Source: Phycisphaerales bacterium (GTDB taxonomy: Bacteria; Planctomycetota; Phycisphaerae; Phycisphaerales; UBA1924). Taken from it: 64,000 nucleotides of DNA. Positions 32,776 through 41,927 of the stretch are shown piece by piece. Each line of letters opens with the position of its first letter. The first letter of the stretch is position 1. Made by a program: the position numbers and the translations under genes. The notes beneath the pieces were generated by a model. It saw nothing but the letters and a program-made list of their open reading frames with translations, had not been told where the DNA came from and did not search any database. The DNA lies in NCBI GenBank assembly GCA_036261855.1, contig DATAKA010000120.1, positions 35,893 through 99,892 of the forward strand. Direction: 5' to 3'.

Positions 32776-33756
32776 GTGCCCGTGAGCCCTGCACCCCCTT
32801 CCAACCCGCGTGGAACGTCGCCCCTGGTCCTCGTGACCGAGGACGTGGACGCCGCCGCGGTTGCGTGGCTTGGGGAGCGATGTGAGGTCGCCTTGTGTGC
32901 CGCCGATGAGCCGGAGTTCCCGGACTCGCTCACGAGGGCAGTTGGTCTGGTCGTGCGCACGTACACACGCGTGGACGCGGAACTGCTGAGCCGCGCCCCG
33001 CGACTCCGCGTCGTGGGGCGAGCAGGCGTGGGGCTGGACAACATCGACGTCGCCGCGTGCCGCTCGCGCGGTGTGGAGGTCGTCCACACGCCCGACGCCA
33101 ACACGCAGGCCGTAGCAGAGTATGTCATCGCGCTCCTGCTGGACGTGCAGCGTCCCCGCGAGCGGGTCACGCGCGGGCTCACGCTTGCCGAGTGGACGAG
33201 CGTGCGGCGTGGCCAGGTGGCCCGGCGGCAGTTGAGCGAGCTGCGCCTTGGCATCATCGGCCTGGGGCGCGTCGGCACGCGTGTGGCGCGTGCCGCGGGC
33301 GGGCTGGGCATGACCGTGCAATACCACGACCTGCTGGAGATCGCCCCCGAACACAGGCAGGGAGCGAAGCCCACCTCGCTGGAAGAGTTGCTGCGCACCA
33401 GCGACGTGGTGAGTGTGCACGTGGATGCCCGGAGTTCCAACCACGGCCTCCTGAGCGATGCAGAGCTCGCCATGCTCCGCGCGGACGCAATCGTGATCAA
33501 CACATCGCGCGGGTTCGTTGTTGATGCGACCGCCCTTGCCGACTTCCTGGACACCAACCCGTCCGCCACGGCTCTCATCGACGTCCACGACCCCGAGCCC
33601 TTCGGCGAGCCCTACCCGTTGCTTCGGTGCTCCAACGCGCATCTGTACCCGCACCTTGGCGCAGCAACAACGGCCGCGCACGCCGCGATGTCGTGGGTGG
33701 TGCGCGATGTATGGCAGGTCATCCGCGGCGGAGCGCCATCGTGGCCCGCTCCGTAG
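32776..33756 (+). CDS. D-isomer-specific 2-hydroxyacid dehydrogenase (phosphoglycerate dehydrogenase-like)
   Basis: NAD-binding GIIGLGRVG and the catalytic-region blocks (INTSRG, ...DV...EP). GTG start. Confidence 0.8.
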   Translation: MPVSPAPPSNPRGTSPLVLVTEDVDAAAVAWLGERCEVALCAADEPEFPDSLTRAVGLVVRTYTRVDAELLSRAPRLRVVGRAGVGLDNIDVAACRSRGVEVVHTPDANTQAVAEYVIALLLDVQRPRERVTRGLTLAEWTSVRRGQVARRQLSELRLGIIGLGRVGTRVARAAGGLGMTVQYHDLLEIAPEHRQGAKPTSLEELLRTSDVVSVHVDARSSNHGLLSDAELAMLRADAIVINTSRGFVVDATALADFLDTNPSATALIDVHDPEPFGEPYPLLRCSNAHLYPHLGAATTAAHAAMSWVVRDVWQVIRGGAPSWPAP

Positions 33757-33858
33757 CGCAAGGTTGGTGATGGCCCCGTGGCGCGGTACCGCCAGGCGCC
33801 GCAGGGTGCGGCCACTGCAGGCCAGCAGCGCATTCAACCGTCGGTCGCATCGCCAACG

Positions 33859-34056
33859 CTAGATGCACGGCCCGCCGCCGAACACCGAAAGGAACGACGC
33901 GATGTCCTGCGTGTCCGGGAAGAGCGTGTCGTTGTTGAAGTCGATGCTGTCGCAGTGGGCGGTGGGGCACGCAGCGCCGGCGAACACACCGAGGAAGTCG
34001 CTGATGTCGCCCGTATCAGGGAAGAGCGAGTCGTTGTTGAAGTCGATGTCCGTGCA
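33859..34056 (-). repeat. Dockerin-like 3' cassette, copy 1
   Basis: Encodes CTDIDFNNDSLFPDTGDISDFLGVFAGAACPTAHCDSIDFNNDTLFPDTQDIASFLSVFGGGPCI. Confidence 0.85.
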
Positions 34057-35364
34057 CAGGCCTTCGCACCGATCCGGGATGGAGTTGCTGTTGGTGTCCG
34101 TCGTCCAGCCCTGGGAAATCTGGCACGCATCCGATACACCGTCACCATCACAGTCGGTGGGGGTGGCCTCCACCAGCTTGTAGAGACCGTTGTCCGCGAT
34201 GTGCACGCAGTACAGCTCGCCGTCCAGTCCTTCGCCGAACGCGGTGGGGCGGAAGTCGCCCGTTTCCACGCGCCGGTCGACGAAGTCCTCGACCTGGCCC
34301 GTCGCCGACCGCCGAACGGAGTAGATCCCCGAAGCACCGTCCGCGAAGATGTACGTGCCCCGCAGGCACGGCATCGCGCTGCCGCGGTACACGTAGCCGC
34401 CGCACACATACCGGAAGCCTGCAACCTCCTGCGACCCGATGGGCAAGGAGCCACCAAAGCCAAAGTCCAGCAGCGGCGGCAGGTACGGCTGCAGGGGCAG
34501 GCACGACACGAGCTGGTAATTGCCCTCCTTGCAGGGCCACCCCAGGTTCCACGCGCCGGTGCCCGCCGGGATCATCGAGATCTCTTCCCGGAATTCTGAG
34601 CCCACATCACCGATCCACAGGTCGCCGGTCTCGCGGTCGAAGGACCCGCGCCAGGGGTTGCGGAACCCCGACGCCCAGATTTCGTCCTCGCCACTCACGC
34701 CCACGTACGGGTTGTTCGGTGGGATGGCGTAGTTCTTCTGCGCATCCGCCGGAAAGCCATCGTCGTCCGCCGTCGCGGGTGCGTCGTCGGGTCCGTCCAC
34801 GTCCAGCCGCAGGATCTTGCTGCGGAGGATGTTCAGGTTCTGCCCGTTCAGCATCGTGGTGTTGTCGCCGATGCCCATGTAGAGGTAACCATCGGGCCCG
34901 AACGCGCAGAACCCGCCGTTGTGGAAGGTGCCCGCGCCGTCCATCACCAGGATGTCGACGAGTGGCCCCTCCGACACGAGTGGGTTGGCGGCGCTGCGGC
35001 GGCCGCGGGCCAGCACGTTCTGACCCGTGTTGCGGATGAAGTACACGTAAAAGTACCCGTTGGATTCATAGTCCGGGTGGAACGCGATGGAGTAGAGCCC
35101 CTGCTCGTTCATCGTCGCGACGTTGGGCACAAACTGGAAGTAGGTGGGCAGCACCGTCCTCGCGATCAGGTCCACCACGCGGATGTCGCCACCCTTGCCG
35201 ACGGACATCAGGTGGTTCGGGTCACCAGGGATCGCAAAGACACCGATCGGCTGCCACAGGCCGGTGGTGACGATCGGCTCGCGACGCAACGTGGTCTGTG
35301 CGCATGCACCGGCACCAATACCGGCAACCGCGGCGAGCGCGACAAGAAGAGAGTGATTCCGCAC
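33859..35364 (-). CDS. Secreted PQQ-dependent sugar dehydrogenase-like beta-propeller with a C-terminal tandem dockerin-like module
   Basis: GLYSIAFHPDYESNGYFYVYF and HNGGFCAFGPDGYLYMGIGDN are typical of soluble glucose/sorbosone dehydrogenases. The GTG start at 35364 has GGAGG 8 nt upstream, followed by a signal peptide. The protein ends in 2 x (C.IDFNND.LFPDT.DI..FL.VF.G..C). Confidence 0.8.
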   Translation of the reverse strand: MRNHSLLVALAAVAGIGAGACAQTTLRREPIVTTGLWQPIGVFAIPGDPNHLMSVGKGGDIRVVDLIARTVLPTYFQFVPNVATMNEQGLYSIAFHPDYESNGYFYVYFIRNTGQNVLARGRRSAANPLVSEGPLVDILVMDGAGTFHNGGFCAFGPDGYLYMGIGDNTTMLNGQNLNILRSKILRLDVDGPDDAPATADDDGFPADAQKNYAIPPNNPYVGVSGEDEIWASGFRNPWRGSFDRETGDLWIGDVGSEFREEISMIPAGTGAWNLGWPCKEGNYQLVSCLPLQPYLPPLLDFGFGGSLPIGSQEVAGFRYVCGGYVYRGSAMPCLRGTYIFADGASGIYSVRRSATGQVEDFVDRRVETGDFRPTAFGEGLDGELYCVHIADNGLYKLVEATPTDCDGDGVSDACQISQGWTTDTNSNSIPDRCEGLCTDIDFNNDSLFPDTGDISDFLGVFAGAACPTAHCDSIDFNNDTLFPDTQDIASFLSVFGGGPCI

Positions 35365-35441
35365 GGCTTGGACCTCCGCAACACAAGAGGGGACGCAGAA
35401 AGAGTTTACCACACGTGTCAAGCGGTGAGAGGGCCCGGCGA

Positions 35442-35645
35442 TCAGATCAGGCACGGTCCGCCCGAGAACACACTGATCAACGCGTTGATGTCCAGTGTGT
35501 CCGGGAACAACCCGTCGTTGTTGAAGTCGATGTCCCCGCAGTTGGGGTCGTTGGTGCACGGCCCGCCGGAGAAGACACTGAGGAAGTCATTAATATCCGC
35601 AGTGTCAGGGAAGAGGCCGTCCGCGTTGAAGTCGATGGCGTCGCA
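35442..35645 (-). repeat. Dockerin-like 3' cassette, copy 2
   Basis: Encodes CDAIDFNADGLFPDTADINDFLSVFSGGPCTNDPNCGDIDFNNDGLFPDTLDINALISVFSGGPCLI. Confidence 0.85.
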
Positions 35646-36986
35646 GGTGGGGCCTGTGGGAATGGCGACGCGCAGGAGCGAGGCCCGGTTGCCGGTCGTG
35701 TTGCCCGTGTTCGTGGGGTTGGTTTTGAGGGAAGGGGCGAAGTAGAAGTACCCGTCGTCCAGCAGCGTGCACCGGTCGCGCAGCGTGCCGATGAACAGGT
35801 CCGCGGGCGTGTTGGGGTTGTCGTCGATATCAACCGGGTCGCTCTCGCGCACCACCACAACCTGACCGTTCGCGACGATGACGGAGTTCCGCAGGCCGTC
35901 CGCGAGGTTCGAGGTGCCGAGCACGACATAGCTGCCGGCGTTGTTCCCCTTGAAGTCGATGAACGAGCCCCACAGCTCCGTGCTGCCCGGGAAAATCGGC
36001 TGCCCGGTCTGTGCGATGACGGCCCCGTTGCGGATGATCCAGCCTGTGCCGTCCTGGTTCGTGCCGCGGAGGAACCAGTCGCCGTTCGATTCCATCCACG
36101 GATCGGCGATGGTGCTGACAGCGCTGGTGAATGCGGTGCCGGGCAGCGCAGACCCCTCCTGCGCGACAACGACCCCGCTGACCACGGCGATGCGGTCGAT
36201 CGAGGTGTCGGAGGCGAGTTCGCCCGTGCAGATGGAGCTCGTGCCCGCCGCGTTCCAGCGCAGTGTTCCCGTGTCGATGTCCAGCCACGGCGCCTGGGGG
36301 CCCGACTGGCCCGTCGGTGCCGTCGCGGCGTCCATCACCCGCGCCACAAGCGTTGCTGTGCCCGGTGTCGAGATGCGGAAGATGGCCTCAAGGCCGCCGA
36401 GGTCGTTCGGCGCCATGTTGCTCGCGAGGAACCCCATCGAGCCGTCGGCCGCGACTTCTACCCCGCTGAACGAGACCGTGTTCGCTGTTCCGAACCCCCA
36501 GAAGTCGATGAACGCGGGAACGGTCGGGTGATCCTCACTGCGGGCGAACGTGGTGAAACCGCCGGATGAGCTGCGCACGACTCGGTCACTCAGGGTCGTG
36601 GTTGGCAGTGCGCGGTACGCGAGGGACCATTGCCCAACATCGTTGAAGCGGGGCTCGGGCAGGCTTGTGGAGAGGTTGACGACTTCTCCATTCTCGGTGG
36701 GCGTGACGCTCTCCTGGGCGATGAGCGTGCCGGCCAGGCCCTGGCCCTGCACCAGCACCTGGTCCGTGTTGACATCGCCGCTGTTGGTCGTGATCACCAC
36801 GTTCCACTGGTTGGTGGTGGGGGAGCGGTGCACGCGCCCGAAGTTGCTGTTCAGAACACCGGGGAGCCCCGGCGTGCCCGCCTTGGCGGAGGCTGCACCG
36901 TGATCCTGGCTGCACAGCACCACCTGAATCTGCGCGGACGCGCTGGACGCAAGGAAGACGGCAACGGGAAGCATCGCGTACTTCAT
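35442..36986 (-). CDS. Secreted repeat (propeller-like) protein with a C-terminal tandem dockerin-like module
   Basis: Signal peptide MKYAMLPVAVFLASSASAQ, recurrent N/D-x-x-G-x-hydrophobic blade-like motifs (NDVGQWSL, ADGSMGFLAS, ESNGDWFL, NNAGSYVVLG), and the C-terminal module. Confidence 0.7.
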   Translation of the reverse strand: MKYAMLPVAVFLASSASAQIQVVLCSQDHGAASAKAGTPGLPGVLNSNFGRVHRSPTTNQWNVVITTNSGDVNTDQVLVQGQGLAGTLIAQESVTPTENGEVVNLSTSLPEPRFNDVGQWSLAYRALPTTTLSDRVVRSSSGGFTTFARSEDHPTVPAFIDFWGFGTANTVSFSGVEVAADGSMGFLASNMAPNDLGGLEAIFRISTPGTATLVARVMDAATAPTGQSGPQAPWLDIDTGTLRWNAAGTSSICTGELASDTSIDRIAVVSGVVVAQEGSALPGTAFTSAVSTIADPWMESNGDWFLRGTNQDGTGWIIRNGAVIAQTGQPIFPGSTELWGSFIDFKGNNAGSYVVLGTSNLADGLRNSVIVANGQVVVVRESDPVDIDDNPNTPADLFIGTLRDRCTLLDDGYFYFAPSLKTNPTNTGNTTGNRASLLRVAIPTGPTCDAIDFNADGLFPDTADINDFLSVFSGGPCTNDPNCGDIDFNNDGLFPDTLDINALISVFSGGPCLI

Positions 36987-37021
36987 CAAGAACTCCAAAC
37001 AGCCCACAGAGTGAGGAAAAT

Positions 37022-37051
37022 CACGCCCGGCCGCGTCGGCGGGCGGGCGTG
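37022..37051 (-). terminator. Candidate intrinsic terminator after the 37082 gene
   Basis: CACGCCC...GGGCGTG outer stem with an inner GCCG-cgt-CGGC stem. On the minus-strand transcript it is followed by AUUUUCCU. Confidence 0.45.
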
Positions 37052-37081
37052 TGGAAAGGCGGGGAGGCGGGTGCGCCAGGT

Positions 37082-37279
37082 TCAGATGCAGGGGCCGCCG
37101 CTGAACACGCTCAGCAGGCTGTCAATATCCAGCGTGTCCGGGAAGAGGCCGTCGTTGTTGAAGTCGATGTCGCCGCAGGTGCCGGTGCTGCAGGGACCGC
37201 CGGAGAAGACGCTGAGGAAGTCGTCGATATCCGCGGTGTCGGGGAACAGCCCGTCGCCGTTGAAGTCGATCGCGTCGCA
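37082..37279 (-). repeat. Dockerin-like 3' cassette, copy 3
   Basis: Encodes CDAIDFNGDGLFPDTADIDDFLSVFSGGPCSTGTCGDIDFNNDGLFPDTLDIDSLLSVFSGGPCI. Confidence 0.85.
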
Positions 37280-38497
37280 GGAGGCGCCCGGTGTCCCGCC
37301 GACGCGGATGATCGCTTCACCCAGCGCAGCGCCCCCGATGTCGGAGATGTCAACGTTGACGTAGACGCTGCCGTCCTCCGGGATGTCCAGGCCCGGAGCA
37401 ATCGTCGGGCTGGCGTTGAAGTCGGTCACGACGTAGTCCGCGGTGTTGTCACCGTTTACGTCGATGGATGCGCCGGTCTCGAGGAGCACCACGGCCGCGC
37501 CAAAGTTGTTGAGCGGGGCGTAGATCAGCGCCTCGCTCGAGCCGCCGGTGTCGGCGATGAACGCCACGTTGCCCGCGTTGTTGATGCTGACCGCGTCGAT
37601 CACGCCGGTGTATGTCTTGCCGGCGATGGTGCCGCCCTCCGCCAGCAGGATGCCCGAGGGGCCGGCGACGAAGCCGTCCACGCTCGTCGCGGCGTTGGTG
37701 TCGCCGCTGAAGATGTACTGGCCCGACTCGTTCACGCCGACGTTGTTGAAGTTCTGCCAGAGCGAACCATCGCCCGCCGCACTGCCCTCGCGCGCGGCGA
37801 TGGTGGTGCCGTCCACTACAACGGTGACGTCGGTCGCCGTCGCCGCGCCCAGGTTCACAATGTTGATGAAGTGCGCGGCGCTATCCGACACGTCGTACGC
37901 GAAGTTGATCCCCTGCGCGGTGATGGCTTCGCCGCTCACGATGTGCCCGCCCGCGAAGATCGGCACGGTCGCCGCCGGGTTGCTCGGGGTCGCGTTCTTG
38001 TAGAACACGCGCGTCGTGGTTGCACCGCCCACGGTGTTGCCGTACCCGCCGACCCACACCGCCGTGCCGTTGGCGGTCATGCGGGGACGGCTGTTGAACG
38101 TGCTGAAGAAGCCGGGGAATCCCGGCGCGGCGTCGCCGTCCACGAGCAGCACGCCGTTGGAGGTATACACCGCGTCACCGCCGTTCACCGACGGGGAGTA
38201 GTTGAAGTCGAGCATGTTGGAAATGCCCATGGTGGTCTCCGCGCCCGTGACACCAACCACCGACCCGCTGTTGAAGACCACGCCGCCGCCCGCGAAGATC
38301 GAGCGCGTCGTGTCGCTCATGTTGGCGACGAAGCCCACCTGGTTGAGGCCGTTGACGTACGGATCACCAAGGTCGCTGATCGAGCTGTCGCCGAGCTGGT
38401 CGCCGTTCTTCGCGACCACCTGGGCCTGGTACAACTGAGCCGAAGCTCCCGCTGCGAAGGCGGACAGTGCGATGACGGTGCTGACTGCTGAACGCAT
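37082..38497 (-). CDS. Secreted NxxGxxAF-type repeat protein with a C-terminal tandem dockerin-like module
   Basis: Signal peptide MRSAVSTVIALSAFAAGASAQ, repeats such as LNQVGFVAN, TANGTAVWVG, VNESGQYIFSG and NNAGNVAFIAD, and the C-terminal module. Confidence 0.7.
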   Translation of the reverse strand: MRSAVSTVIALSAFAAGASAQLYQAQVVAKNGDQLGDSSISDLGDPYVNGLNQVGFVANMSDTTRSIFAGGGVVFNSGSVVGVTGAETTMGISNMLDFNYSPSVNGGDAVYTSNGVLLVDGDAAPGFPGFFSTFNSRPRMTANGTAVWVGGYGNTVGGATTTRVFYKNATPSNPAATVPIFAGGHIVSGEAITAQGINFAYDVSDSAAHFINIVNLGAATATDVTVVVDGTTIAAREGSAAGDGSLWQNFNNVGVNESGQYIFSGDTNAATSVDGFVAGPSGILLAEGGTIAGKTYTGVIDAVSINNAGNVAFIADTGGSSEALIYAPLNNFGAAVVLLETGASIDVNGDNTADYVVTDFNASPTIAPGLDIPEDGSVYVNVDISDIGGAALGEAIIRVGGTPGASCDAIDFNGDGLFPDTADIDDFLSVFSGGPCSTGTCGDIDFNNDGLFPDTLDIDSLLSVFSGGPCI

Positions 38498-38696
38498 GGC
38501 AAAATCCCTCTCTACAGGCATCGTGGAAGCCGGAAAACCTGGTCCGCAACGCGGACCGAACCGGTGTGGGCAAAATCGTACACGTTGCCGGGGCGGCGTC
38601 GCCACCCCCAGCGTGTTTCCGTGCAATCTCATTCGCAGTTCGTTGATGGTGGTTGCCCGCCAACGCCCGAGAATCCTCACTCCCGGTCAAATGAAA

Positions 38697-38728
38697 GCCG
38701 GCCGAAGGCCACGGGGGCCTTCGCCGGC
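38697..38728 (-). terminator. Intrinsic terminator after the 38752 gene
   Basis: GCCGGCCGAAGGCC-acggg-GGCCTTCGCCGGC, with one bulge. On the minus-strand transcript it is followed by UUUCAUUU. Confidence 0.6.
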
Positions 38729-38751
38729 AAGGAAAGGGATCAGTCCGTTAC

Positions 38752-38952
38752 TCAGAGGCAGGGGCCGCCGCTGAACACGCTGAGCAGGCTGTCTATATCC
38801 TGGGTGTCGGGGAAGAGGCCGTCGTTGTTGAAGTCCACATCCCCGCAGTTGGGGTCGTTGCTGCAGGGGCCGCCGGAGAAGACGCTGAGGAAGTCGTCGA
38901 TGTCGGCGGTGTCAGGGAAGAGGCCGTCGTTGTTGAAGTCGATGGCGTCGCA
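38752..38952 (-). repeat. Dockerin-like 3' cassette, copy 4
   Basis: Encodes CDAIDFNNDGLFPDTADIDDFLSVFSGGPCSNDPNCGDVDFNNDGLFPDTQDIDSLLSVFSGGPCL. Confidence 0.85.
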
Positions 38953-40377
38953 CGCGGGCCCCGAGGGACCGGTGGTGCCGTTCGCGTTGATGTTCTGCGC
39001 CAGGATGTCCGCGGCGCCGCTGGCGCCGTCCGCCCACGCCGCGATGAGCATGTCAGACCCGGCGGTGTTGATGACCGCGAGCCGACCCTTGGTGGTTGCG
39101 CCCGTGGAAACACCGAGTGTGGCCGGTGCCCAGACCGCCGCACCGTCCTCGCTCGACAGACGCGTCGAATGGACCTCCATCGGGGAGTTGGTGCCGGTGT
39201 ACTGCAGCCACGTCACGATACTGTCGCCCGAGGGGGCTCCGTTGACGTTGATGAAGGATGCGTGGAATCCCGCGATCGGCAGCACCTCGCGTCCAGCCTC
39301 GGTCCACAGCCGGACACCCGCGCCGCTCAGTTTCTGGGCGCCGACGCCGAAGAGCGACTGGACCGCGTTACTCCGCTCGTACGCGACGGTGTAGGTGTCG
39401 CTCGTTGCGTCGTAGGCAACAGCGGACGACAGGCGGAACTCCGTTGCGGACGTGGTGGCGCTCGCCGCAAGGCCGTTGGCGGCAAAGCGCGCAACGCCCG
39501 AGCCCGAGTAGTGCTGCACCCACGCGTTCCGGTCCGCGCCCGTGTCATACCAAGACACCACCGCACCCCCCGCGCCGTCGCTCACCACTTGCGGAAAGTA
39601 CCCGTTCTGGATGCCACGGCCGGGAGTCGCGCTCGACGCGTACGCATCGACGGCGACGCCACCGTTCCACTGGGGCACGTCGGCACCGTCCCACTTCTGA
39701 ATTTTCAGGCCCTTGCGGCTGGTCACCATGTTGGTGCCCTCGGCGCGGATCCACAGCAGGATGAACTCACCGCCGCTGCCGGTAGAGAGCAGGTCTGAGG
39801 GCGATTGGGCACGGCCGGTTTCCGCCAGCGTCCACGTGCTGCCGACCACGCCCTCGGCGCTCACGCGCCGGAAGTTCAGGATGTTGGACTGCGCCCACAC
39901 CACCACGGCCGAGCCGTCGGTGAGCGCGCACACCCGCGGCCCCACGGCCCCCGCGGACCCCGCCATGAACACGCCCTCCACGCCCCACGGCATGGACCCA
40001 TCCGGATTGACCTTCTGGATCCAGATACCGCTGTTGTCGTACGCGACGAGCGCGGCACCGTCCGCATCAACGTCCATGTCGTAGACAAACGTCGCGGTGT
40101 TCGTGCGGCTGTTGATCGTCACGCCACCGGGCCCCAGCTGACGGTTGCCCGCCGCGTCCAGACGCTGCACGGCGTGCTTGTACCCGGAACCCGCACCATT
40201 GTCGGTGTACGAAATCCAGGCACCGCCATCAGGGGTTGGCTTGAGCACGGGTGTGCCCTGATCACCGCCGCCAACATAGACAGGCGTATTGACGGCGGGG
40301 TCAATCGTCCACTGACCCATGGCCGCGGACGCGGCCAGCGTGGAAGCAACGAGGAACACGGCGATCGGGGTGCGCAT
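38752..40377 (-). CDS. Secreted repeat protein of unknown function with a C-terminal tandem dockerin-like module
   Basis: Signal peptide MRTPIAVFLVASTLAASAAMGQ, a repetitive Gly/Ala/Val/Trp-rich body (propeller-like), and the C-terminal module. Confidence 0.7.
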   Translation of the reverse strand: MRTPIAVFLVASTLAASAAMGQWTIDPAVNTPVYVGGGDQGTPVLKPTPDGGAWISYTDNGAGSGYKHAVQRLDAAGNRQLGPGGVTINSRTNTATFVYDMDVDADGAALVAYDNSGIWIQKVNPDGSMPWGVEGVFMAGSAGAVGPRVCALTDGSAVVVWAQSNILNFRRVSAEGVVGSTWTLAETGRAQSPSDLLSTGSGGEFILLWIRAEGTNMVTSRKGLKIQKWDGADVPQWNGGVAVDAYASSATPGRGIQNGYFPQVVSDGAGGAVVSWYDTGADRNAWVQHYSGSGVARFAANGLAASATTSATEFRLSSAVAYDATSDTYTVAYERSNAVQSLFGVGAQKLSGAGVRLWTEAGREVLPIAGFHASFINVNGAPSGDSIVTWLQYTGTNSPMEVHSTRLSSEDGAAVWAPATLGVSTGATTKGRLAVINTAGSDMLIAAWADGASGAADILAQNINANGTTGPSGPACDAIDFNNDGLFPDTADIDDFLSVFSGGPCSNDPNCGDVDFNNDGLFPDTQDIDSLLSVFSGGPCL

Positions 40378-40399
40378 GTGAAGTCCTTTGTGGTATCGA

Positions 40400-40417
40400 T
40401 GTGTAATAATTTACACA
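40400..40417. promoter_or_regulatory. AT-rich inverted repeat (operator-like or -10 region) upstream of the 38752-40377 gene
   Basis: TGTGTAA-taat-TTACACA has perfect 7-bp arms. It lies 23-40 nt upstream of the ATG at 40377, in the most AT-rich spot of the region. Confidence 0.3.
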
Positions 40418-40499
40418 ACCACTCGCCGCGCGGTTCCATCAATTGCACCGAATCGGCGCAAAGATCGTCCGCGTTCAATCGGCCACCCAAAAACGTGGA

Positions 40500-40703
40500 C
40501 TACCCAATACAGCTGCCTCCGCTGAACACGCTTAGGAGGGCATCAATATCAAGCGTGTCCGGGAAAAGCCCATCGTTATTGAAGTCAATATCCCCACAAT
40601 TAGGGGAGTTAGTGCACGGGCCACCGCTGAAGACGCTCAGGAAGTCGTCGATGTCAAGCGTGTCCGGGAAGAGGCCGTCGTTGTTGAAGTCAATGGAGTC
40701 ACA
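40500..40703 (-). repeat. Dockerin-like 3' cassette, copy 5
   Basis: Encodes CDSIDFNNDGLFPDTLDIDDFLSVFSGGPCTNSPNCGDIDFNNDGLFPDTLDIDALLSVFSGGSCIG. Confidence 0.85.
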
Positions 40704-41579
40704 GATCGGGCCCGAAGTGAGTGTGAGGGCTCCGATGAACTGGGGGGTAATACCGCCGGACAAGATAACGACCGGACCGTCGGTTGAGCCCGGAACGAAC
40801 GACATCACGGCGGTGCCTTCCGTGTACATCATCGCACCGTTGCCGAGCGGGGCGATGCCCCGCGGGCCGGTGCTGACCGGGTAGTACGCCACCTGGTTGC
40901 CGGCCGCGTCGTAGCGGTAGATGCCTGCGGGCGCGGTGAAACCGGTTGCCCAGACTTCCTGGGCACCCCCCGGCCCGGTGTTCAGCACGATCAACTGCTC
41001 CGGGAAGTCGATGCCGGAGGCGCCGTCGCTGGCGTGGAACACGCTCACGAAGTTGCCCAGCGGGTCATAAATATTGATGTCGTCGCCGGCGATATCGGCG
41101 ACGAGCAACTGCCCGTTGAACTCGGTGCAGTCGAAGGGGTCCGGCGCGGCGAAGAAGCCCTGGTGGGTTCCGTCGGTGGAGTACATGACCACAGCGTCGC
41201 CCGGGCCTGCGCCGGCATCGCTGTTGGACACGTACACGGTGTTCCCTATCTGGCCCATGCCGCGGATGTTGTTCATGTTGCCGGTGACGGTCGCGATGTG
41301 CTGGGGGGTCAGTGACGCGGTAAATCGGACGACAATGTCACTGACCTGGTCCGTGACCCAGATTTCATTGCCTACCTGCTGAACGTCTTTGGGTGTGGTG
41401 AAGTCAAAGGTGGTGCCGCCCGCGTCGAGGATGAAGTCGAGGTTCACGGGCGATCCATCGGACGCATTGAAGAGCATGATCCGGTCCGCTGTTGAGTCGG
41501 GGATCATGAGGTACTGGGCGTGGACGGTGGTGCCGAGGGCACCGAACAGGCTTGCGGCAACGAGACAACGGTTGATCAT
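40500..41579 (-). CDS. Secreted beta-propeller (NHL/SMP-30-like) protein with a C-terminal tandem dockerin-like module
   Basis: Signal peptide MINRCLVAASLFGALGTTVHAQ, repeated blade-like segments (IWVTDQVSDIVVRF, VYVSNSD..., LLVADIAGDDINIYD), and the C-terminal module. Confidence 0.7.
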   Translation of the reverse strand: MINRCLVAASLFGALGTTVHAQYLMIPDSTADRIMLFNASDGSPVNLDFILDAGGTTFDFTTPKDVQQVGNEIWVTDQVSDIVVRFTASLTPQHIATVTGNMNNIRGMGQIGNTVYVSNSDAGAGPGDAVVMYSTDGTHQGFFAAPDPFDCTEFNGQLLVADIAGDDINIYDPLGNFVSVFHASDGASGIDFPEQLIVLNTGPGGAQEVWATGFTAPAGIYRYDAAGNQVAYYPVSTGPRGIAPLGNGAMMYTEGTAVMSFVPGSTDGPVVILSGGITPQFIGALTLTSGPICDSIDFNNDGLFPDTLDIDDFLSVFSGGPCTNSPNCGDIDFNNDGLFPDTLDIDALLSVFSGGSCIG

Positions 41580-41676
41580 CTGAGAGCTCCCTGGGGACCG
41601 ACGGACGTCGGTCGGCTGGTGCACCCTACCCAAACACCACCGCAACTGCAAGCACAACTGGGGGAGGAAAGCTAAA

Positions 41677-41701
41677 AACCCCGGTGCGGGGCACCGGGGT
41701 T
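41677..41701 (-). terminator. Intrinsic terminator after the 41730 gene
   Basis: AACCCCGGTGC-ggg-GCACCGGGGTT is a perfect 11-bp stem. On the minus-strand transcript it is followed by UUUUAGC. Confidence 0.65.
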
Positions 41702-41729
41702 CTCCAAAGGAACGGTTGTGATTACTCTC

Positions 41730-41927
41730 TTAGAGGCACGCGCCGCCGCTGAAGACGCTCAGAAGGCTGTCGATGTCGAGGGTGTCTGGGAAGAGCCCGT
41801 CGTTGTTGAAGTCAATGTCGCCGCAGGTGCCGGTGCTGCAGACGCCTCCTGAGAACACGCTCAGGAAGTCGTCGATGTCGGCGGTGTCGGGGAAGAGGCC
41901 GTCACCGTTGTAGTCGATGGCGTCGCA
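41730..41927 (-). repeat. Dockerin-like 3' cassette, copy 6
   Basis: Encodes CDAIDYNGDGLFPDTADIDDFLSVFSGGVCSTGTCGDIDFNNDGLFPDTLDIDSLLSVFSGGACL. Confidence 0.85.
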
